64,000 bases of DNA from a virus: the IMG/VR virus record IMGVR_UViG_3300029319_000012, positions 42,406-106,405 of that record. One strand, 5' to 3'. The first letter of the stretch is position 1; each line of letters starts with the position of its first letter. This document shows, in pieces, positions 59,807 to 64,000 of the stretch. The position numbers were made by a program, and so were the translations under genes. The notes below the pieces were generated by a model. It was given only the letters and a program-made list of their open reading frames with translations. It ran no database searches and was not told where the DNA came from.

Positions 59807-59817
59807 GCCCCGCTTTT
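59797..59817 (+). terminator. Intrinsic-terminator-like hairpin
   Basis: GCGGGG-GTGAG-CCCCGC followed by TTTT; unusually GC-rich for this genome. Confidence 0.65.
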
Positions 59818-59838
59818 ACATAAGGAAAAACGATATTA

Positions 59839-60459
59839 ATGTCGAAAGAATTACTTCAAGAATATTTTGAACTGTGCCCTGAAGGTCGCTGCCCTGTACA
59901 TGCGCTAAATGAATCAGAAAAGAAAAGCGTCATGGAAGGAGCGGTCTATCTTGTTGGTATATGCCAAAAAGCTGGTACAAAAAATGGTAATGGTAGAGTG
60001 TATAGAAAAGAGACACTGCAGCGCGAAGTTGAAAGATATCAAAACGCAGTTCGCGAACGTCGTTCTTTAGGCGAGCTTGATCATCCAGATGACTCTGTAA
60101 TTAATTTAAAGAATGCCTCCCACCTTGTAACAAAAATGTGGTGGCAAGGCGATAATGTCATGGGTAAAATTGAGGTGCTAGATACACCATCTGGTAAGAT
60201 TTTAAAAGAGCTGGTAAAGTCTGGAGTGAAATTAGGAATTTCTTCTAGAGGATTAGGCTCTGTTTCTAAAAAAGGTGACAAGCTAATGGTTGAGGATGAT
60301 TTTCAATTAATTTGCTTTGATATGGTTTCGGAGCCATCAACGCCAGGTGCCTACATGAATAAAGATTCTAATGTTGATGCATCAATAAATGTCTACTTAA
60401 AAGAAGAGAAAGAAAATAATAATTTAGACAACCTATTTAAATCGATTTTAAAGGATTAA
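59839..60459 (+). CDS. Prohead core protease (T4 gp21-like)
   Basis: NGNGRVY, GELDHP, GISSRGLGS, FDMVSEPSTPGA. Confidence 0.95.
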   Translation: MSKELLQEYFELCPEGRCPVHALNESEKKSVMEGAVYLVGICQKAGTKNGNGRVYRKETLQREVERYQNAVRERRSLGELDHPDDSVINLKNASHLVTKMWWQGDNVMGKIEVLDTPSGKILKELVKSGVKLGISSRGLGSVSKKGDKLMVEDDFQLICFDMVSEPSTPGAYMNKDSNVDASINVYLKEEKENNNLDNLFKSILKD

Positions 60460-60460
60460 A

Positions 60461-60850
60461 ATGAAAACTGCAGAATTTAAAAAAATAATCAAGCCCCTTA
60501 TTAAGCAGACGGTAAAAGAAGTATTGCTTGAAGAGGGTGTTCTTTCTGGAATTGTTTCAGAGGTAGCAAAAGGCTTATCAAACCAAAGATTGTTTACTGA
60601 GGGCATTACCGTTGAAGCTAAGCAAGAAGATTTACAAGCAAAAGCTGAAAAAATGGAACAAGAAAGACAAGAAAAAATAAAACGTCTTAATGAATCGGCA
60701 AAAACTTCTGGTGCTTTTAAAAACACAAGACCAATACCTGATTCTGGAGGGCATGGACCTTTATCAGGAGTTAGCTCTGGAGATAAGGGCGTTGACATCA
60801 CTGCTATTCAGCAAATAGCTAATGGCAAGTGGAAGGCTTTAATGGGTTAG
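60461..60850 (+). CDS. Head-module hypothetical protein with amphipathic leader
   Basis: MKTAEFKKIIKPLIKQTVKEVLLEE leader; several L/V-x-E sites. Confidence 0.7.
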   Translation: MKTAEFKKIIKPLIKQTVKEVLLEEGVLSGIVSEVAKGLSNQRLFTEGITVEAKQEDLQAKAEKMEQERQEKIKRLNESAKTSGAFKNTRPIPDSGGHGPLSGVSSGDKGVDITAIQQIANGKWKALMG

Positions 60851-60853
60851 AAA

Positions 60854-61087
60854 ATGTCTGAAAAAGTAGTAAATGTGAAAGTTACAGCAAAACAATGCGG
60901 GTATGATATTACAAAGATGATTCGCAGATTTACAAAAAAAGTTAAAAAACAAAGAGTAATTCAAGAGGTGCTCGACCGCAGGTTTTTTGAAAAACCCTCT
61001 AAAAAAAGAAGACTTGCAAGACTTAAAAAGAAAAGAAACGCTCAAAAAGCAGAGCGAGAAAGAAATAAAAAACTAGATATAAAGTAG
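60854..61087 (+). CDS. rpsU: Phage-encoded 30S ribosomal protein bS21
   Basis: VKV...KMIRRFTKKVKK...EVLDRRFFEKPSKKRR matches the bS21 V-x-V...LRRFK...E...R..YEKP(S/T)..R pattern; 77 aa, highly basic. Confidence 0.85.
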   Translation: MSEKVVNVKVTAKQCGYDITKMIRRFTKKVKKQRVIQEVLDRRFFEKPSKKRRLARLKKKRNAQKAERERNKKLDIK

Positions 61088-61097
61088 GAGAATTAAA

Positions 61098-61607
61098 ATG
61101 GCACTAGACCCAATAACAGGACAACCAATTTATGGTGGCTCACCCGGCGTGGGCTTAAGAAACGTAGGCTCATATCAGGTCTCTGGCGCACCTTTTGTAA
61201 CGCAATCTTTAAGTCTAGATTCGGCCAAGATGCACATGGTTGAATTTCCTAACGTGACAAAGCGCGTTGTTGTAACAAACTTAGGCACCGTTGCAAATAA
61301 ATTTATTCTTGTTATGTTCAATAGCGGCTCGACAACAACTGAGATTACTTTTCCAGGATCGTCAGGCGCGCAGGACTTCGCTACAACTGCAGATGTTTAT
61401 GCTAACTTTCATTATGTTCCTGTCGCAGCAGGAGCAAATTTTGATATTAACGCCAAGGTTAAAAGAATTTATGTGGCTAATTTAACAGAAGAAACACGCT
61501 GGGGTGGATCAGCCACTAATGGTTTAGGCTACATGGTTACTGCTGAGTTAACAAATGTTCCGACTGCTAGGATGTATGAGCTTACCGGCTCTGGCATCAC
61601 AGAGTAA
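61098..61607 (+). CDS. Hypothetical virion (decoration-like) protein
   Basis: AGGAG RBS; beta-rich, GLRNVGSYQVSGAPF; between bS21 and scaffold. Confidence 0.6.
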   Translation: MALDPITGQPIYGGSPGVGLRNVGSYQVSGAPFVTQSLSLDSAKMHMVEFPNVTKRVVVTNLGTVANKFILVMFNSGSTTTEITFPGSSGAQDFATTADVYANFHYVPVAAGANFDINAKVKRIYVANLTEETRWGGSATNGLGYMVTAELTNVPTARMYELTGSGITE

Positions 61608-61668
61608 TCTAACAATTAGTTAGCTAGAGTTAGAACAGCTTAAAAATATTCTTTTAAATCTGGAGGGC

Positions 61669-61676
61669 ACTATTTA
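61669..61676 (+). promoter_or_regulatory. Candidate late promoter (ACTATTTA) for scaffold and capsid
   Basis: Intergenic, ~20 nt before the AGGAG RBS (61697-61701). Confidence 0.6.
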
Positions 61677-61708
61677 TTATTGACAAATTGTCTTCTAGGA
61701 GCTTAAGC

Positions 61709-62851
61709 ATGTCTGAAATGTTAGAACAAGCGATTATTGATGCAACTGCTTTAAAGCAAGCTGCAGTTAAAAACGCAGAAACTTTAGTATTAGAAAAATA
61801 TTCAAATGAGATTGAAAGTGCGGTGCAAGCACTTTTAGAGCAAGATGCCCCTGAGGCAGATTTGCCAGACATGCTCGGTACACCTGACGCCCCTGAAGCT
61901 GATTTGGGCGGATCAGATCCTACTGCTGGTCAAGCTCAGCTTTCTGTTAGTGACGATATACCAATGGCGTCGACAGATGATTCTGATGCAACAATTGAAA
62001 TTGCTTTAGATCAGCTAATGGAAGAGCTAGATTTAGCTGCAGAGGACTTAGACATGGATCTTACAGAAGAAGACTTGGATCCTCTAGAGGAGCTTGAGCT
62101 GGCTGAGATAGAGCTTGAAGAGGAAGAGGCTAAGCCAGAGGAGCCGGTTGAAGATGATGCTGCAGCAGCTATTGAAAAAGCCAATCAGACATCTGATGAG
62201 AGTTTTATTGCGCGCATGACACAAGCCATGGCTGAAGCACGCCAAGAAACTGTTGCCGAGCAATTGACTGTTGATATCAAGCCAATGAAGAGAGGCTGGG
62301 CAGGCATTTCTGAAGGCGAGCTAGAAATCGCCGAAGAAGAGCTTCTTGCAATGGAGCAAGACTCCAAAGTTAGAGAAGAGCGCGCAGCAATCAGAAAAGC
62401 TGTTAAAGCTTTAGAGGGAGTGAATGAATCACTCGTCGAAAAAAACAATACATTAAAAGAAAGCTTATCTAACAAAGATGGCAAAATAAAACAATTACAA
62501 AAAATCGCTAGTTTAATGAAAGAGGAATTGGAAAATCTTTCCCTAACAAACACCAAGCTAGTGTTACAAAATAAGGCACTTACAAGCGACTCGTTAAATG
62601 GGCGGCAAAAGCAAAAGCTTGCCGAAGCTATCTCAAGTGCCGAGACAGTTGAAGAGGCTAAAGTTATTTACGAAACCCTTCAAAGCACAGTGGGCAGCAC
62701 CTCAAGCAAAAAGCAGCCAGAGTCACTAGGCGAAGCAGTTCAAAAAACCTCTTCTATAATATTGTCGAATAGGAACCAAGGTTCTGAAAGACAAAAAGCT
62801 AATCCAACGCTCGATCGTTGGAAATTCCTTGCTGGAATACAAAAAGACTAA
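61709..62851 (+). CDS. Prohead scaffold (T4 gp22-like)
   Basis: Very acidic, coiled-coil, many L-x-E sites, ends RWKFLAGI; directly before the capsid gene; ATG 61709 has AGGAG. Confidence 0.8.
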   Translation: MSEMLEQAIIDATALKQAAVKNAETLVLEKYSNEIESAVQALLEQDAPEADLPDMLGTPDAPEADLGGSDPTAGQAQLSVSDDIPMASTDDSDATIEIALDQLMEELDLAAEDLDMDLTEEDLDPLEELELAEIELEEEEAKPEEPVEDDAAAAIEKANQTSDESFIARMTQAMAEARQETVAEQLTVDIKPMKRGWAGISEGELEIAEEELLAMEQDSKVREERAAIRKAVKALEGVNESLVEKNNTLKESLSNKDGKIKQLQKIASLMKEELENLSLTNTKLVLQNKALTSDSLNGRQKQKLAEAISSAETVEEAKVIYETLQSTVGSTSSKKQPESLGEAVQKTSSIILSNRNQGSERQKANPTLDRWKFLAGIQKD

Positions 62852-62875
62852 ATTTAAATTATAGGAGATAAAAAA

Positions 62876-64000
62876 ATGTCTGTATTACAAAAGCTTACTG
62901 AAGGTATCGTCGAAAGATCCCTCCAGAGAGAAGGTGCTGCACTTTTAGATAAGTGGGAAGCAACCGGACTTCTTGAGGGCCTGGGTGACGATAACAACAA
63001 AGCGGGCATGGCCCGTCTTTTAGAGAACCAAGCAGCCCAGCTTCTTAAAGAGGCTTCATCCATGGCTCAAGGTGATGTCGAAGGCTTCGCAAGCGTTGCT
63101 TTCCCAATTGTCCGTCGTGTTTTCGGTGGACTTCTTGCTAACGATTTAGTTAGCGTCCAACCAATGAGCCTCCCATCGGGACTCATTTTCTTTATGGACT
63201 TCACTTACAGTGATCAAACAAGAGCACGCCTGGGCCTAGACCAGGGCGAGTCTGTTTACGGTGGTGGCGTGGTTGCCAGCCAGCTCACAGGTGGTGTTTC
63301 TGACATTACTGAAGAGGGTGGCGGTTTCTACAACCTCGCAAACGCTTACTCTTCGCCTACCGGTTCTGCGGGTGCAGCTAATGACACTGGCTTAGGCATG
63401 CGTGTTGTTCACCTCACCGCAGGTGGCAAGCTTGTTTCGGCTCTTACTGATGCTGAGAAGAAGCTTGTTAAGTACGATCCTGACCTTCTTGCTAACACTA
63501 CACACAAGGTTCAGGTTATTGACTGCGATTTTAGTGATCTTAGTAATCTTAACCTTGACATGGTTCAAGCCATTGAGCTTCAAACATCTTCAGACATCAT
63601 TCAAGGTTTTGATGATGATGATGGTGGCGTCGAGGGTCTCGGTGCTTCCACAATTACACATGTGCGTCGCTTGACACAGTTAATTGAGACAACTCCTGGA
63701 AGTGGTGTTAGGGATCTTCTTCGTATTGTCCTCGTTGATAGCACTGGTGCTGATACAATCGACTTCGCCGGTCAAGCGTTTGTGCCTCAAACTGACGGTG
63801 TAAACACAGACCAGCTCGGTGTTGCTTCTTACCCAATTGCTGACTCTTTCACACATGTTGAGCTTGGTAATGTCCGTGGTTCTAACTTCCCTCTAGAAGG
63901 TTCACCAGACACCAAGGCTGGAACTTCAGGTCTTAACATCGACATCCCTGAGATCGATCTCAAGGTGGATTCAATTCCTGTCACTGCGATGACCAGAAAG
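62876..64000 (+). CDS. Major capsid protein (T4 gp23-like), 3'-truncated, absent from the ORF track
   Basis: AGGAG at 62863; MSVLQKLTEG...KWEATGLLEG...ARLLENQ...PIVRRVF...LVSVQPMSLPSGLIFF...IPEIDLKVDSIPVTAMTRK; open to the window end. Confidence 0.95.
   Translation, partial: MSVLQKLTEGIVERSLQREGAALLDKWEATGLLEGLGDDNNKAGMARLLENQAAQLLKEASSMAQGDVEGFASVAFPIVRRVFGGLLANDLVSVQPMSLPSGLIFFMDFTYSDQTRARLGLDQGESVYGGGVVASQLTGGVSDITEEGGGFYNLANAYSSPTGSAGAANDTGLGMRVVHLTAGGKLVSALTDAEKKLVKYDPDLLANTTHKVQVIDCDFSDLSNLNLDMVQAIELQTSSDIIQGFDDDDGGVEGLGASTITHVRRLTQLIETTPGSGVRDLLRIVLVDSTGADTIDFAGQAFVPQTDGVNTDQLGVASYPIADSFTHVELGNVRGSNFPLEGSPDTKAGTSGLNIDIPEIDLKVDSIPVTAMTRK

Larger units (their letters stand above)
1..64000 (+). 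mobile_element. Segment of a large T4-related contractile-tailed bacteriophage genome (morphogenesis region)
   Basis: T4-type TerL, portal, gp21 protease, gp23 capsid, gp25 and gp6 motifs; all genes on one strand, tightly packed with ATGA/TAATG overlaps; no cellular housekeeping context or integrase in the window. Confidence 0.95.

Noticed and set aside
59804-59830. Selenocysteine UGA with a SECIS element
   Set aside because: The UGA is inside the hairpin loop rather than upstream of a stem-loop as in bacterial SECIS; only generic readthrough is kept as a possibility
61608-61640. Possible hairpin (TCTAAC...GTTAGA) after the 61098 gene
   Set aside because: AT-rich, short stem, long loop and no clear U-tract; too weak to call a terminator or ncRNA
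61843-61905. Short direct repeat encoding DAPEADL twice
   Set aside because: Two-copy coding duplication in a disordered scaffold region; not CRISPR-like or regulatory
762-63674. The many 60-150 aa minus-strand and alternate-frame ORFs in the track
   Set aside because: All lie within longer + strand genes with recognisable motifs, lack RBSs, and read like antisense or frame shadows
63402-63674. 90-aa + strand ORF near the window end
   Set aside because: Out-of-frame shadow inside the major capsid gene starting at 62876
1-64000. Alternative genetic code (stop-codon reassignment), as in some large phages
   Set aside because: TAA, TAG and TGA all end genes at sensible boundaries and very long ORFs are intact under code 11
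1-64000. tRNA, rRNA or CRISPR arrays
   Set aside because: Intergenic gaps are almost all under ~100 nt, with no cloverleaf or repeat-spacer pattern seen

Overview
This 64 kb window is a gene-dense, AT-rich segment of a large T4-related (myovirus-like) bacteriophage genome. Every credible gene is on the + strand and the standard genetic code is used. From left to right it holds: (1) the end of a sugar-modification cluster (GT11-type glycosyltransferase, NDP-sugar epimerase); (2) an FmdB-type Zn-ribbon protein and a gp55-like late sigma factor; (3) a ~43 kb baseplate/tail block (split gp5-like hub and spike, a 3818-aa giant, gp25, gp6, a LamG/gp7-like protein, several 1200-1800-aa proteins, tail-collar-like paralogs); (4) a small DNA-processing island (RuvC-like resolvase, DnaG-type primase, fused SbcD-SbcC) with host-type sigma70 promoters; (5) short late genes with shared N-terminal leaders, a holin/spanin-like membrane cluster and an unannotated 11-Cys peptide; (6) the head module (TerL, portal, gp21 protease, ribosomal protein bS21, scaffold, and major capsid protein running off the end). 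No tRNA, rRNA, CRISPR array, intron or intein was seen. The most interesting observations are a metallothionein-like micro-gene, promoter-plus-leader cassettes that may route unrelated cargo proteins into the capsid, an attenuator-like leader peptide before the prohead protease, and selective [S/T]-G-S enrichment in tail proteins encoded near glycosylation genes. All family calls come from motif recognition by eye; no database search was run.
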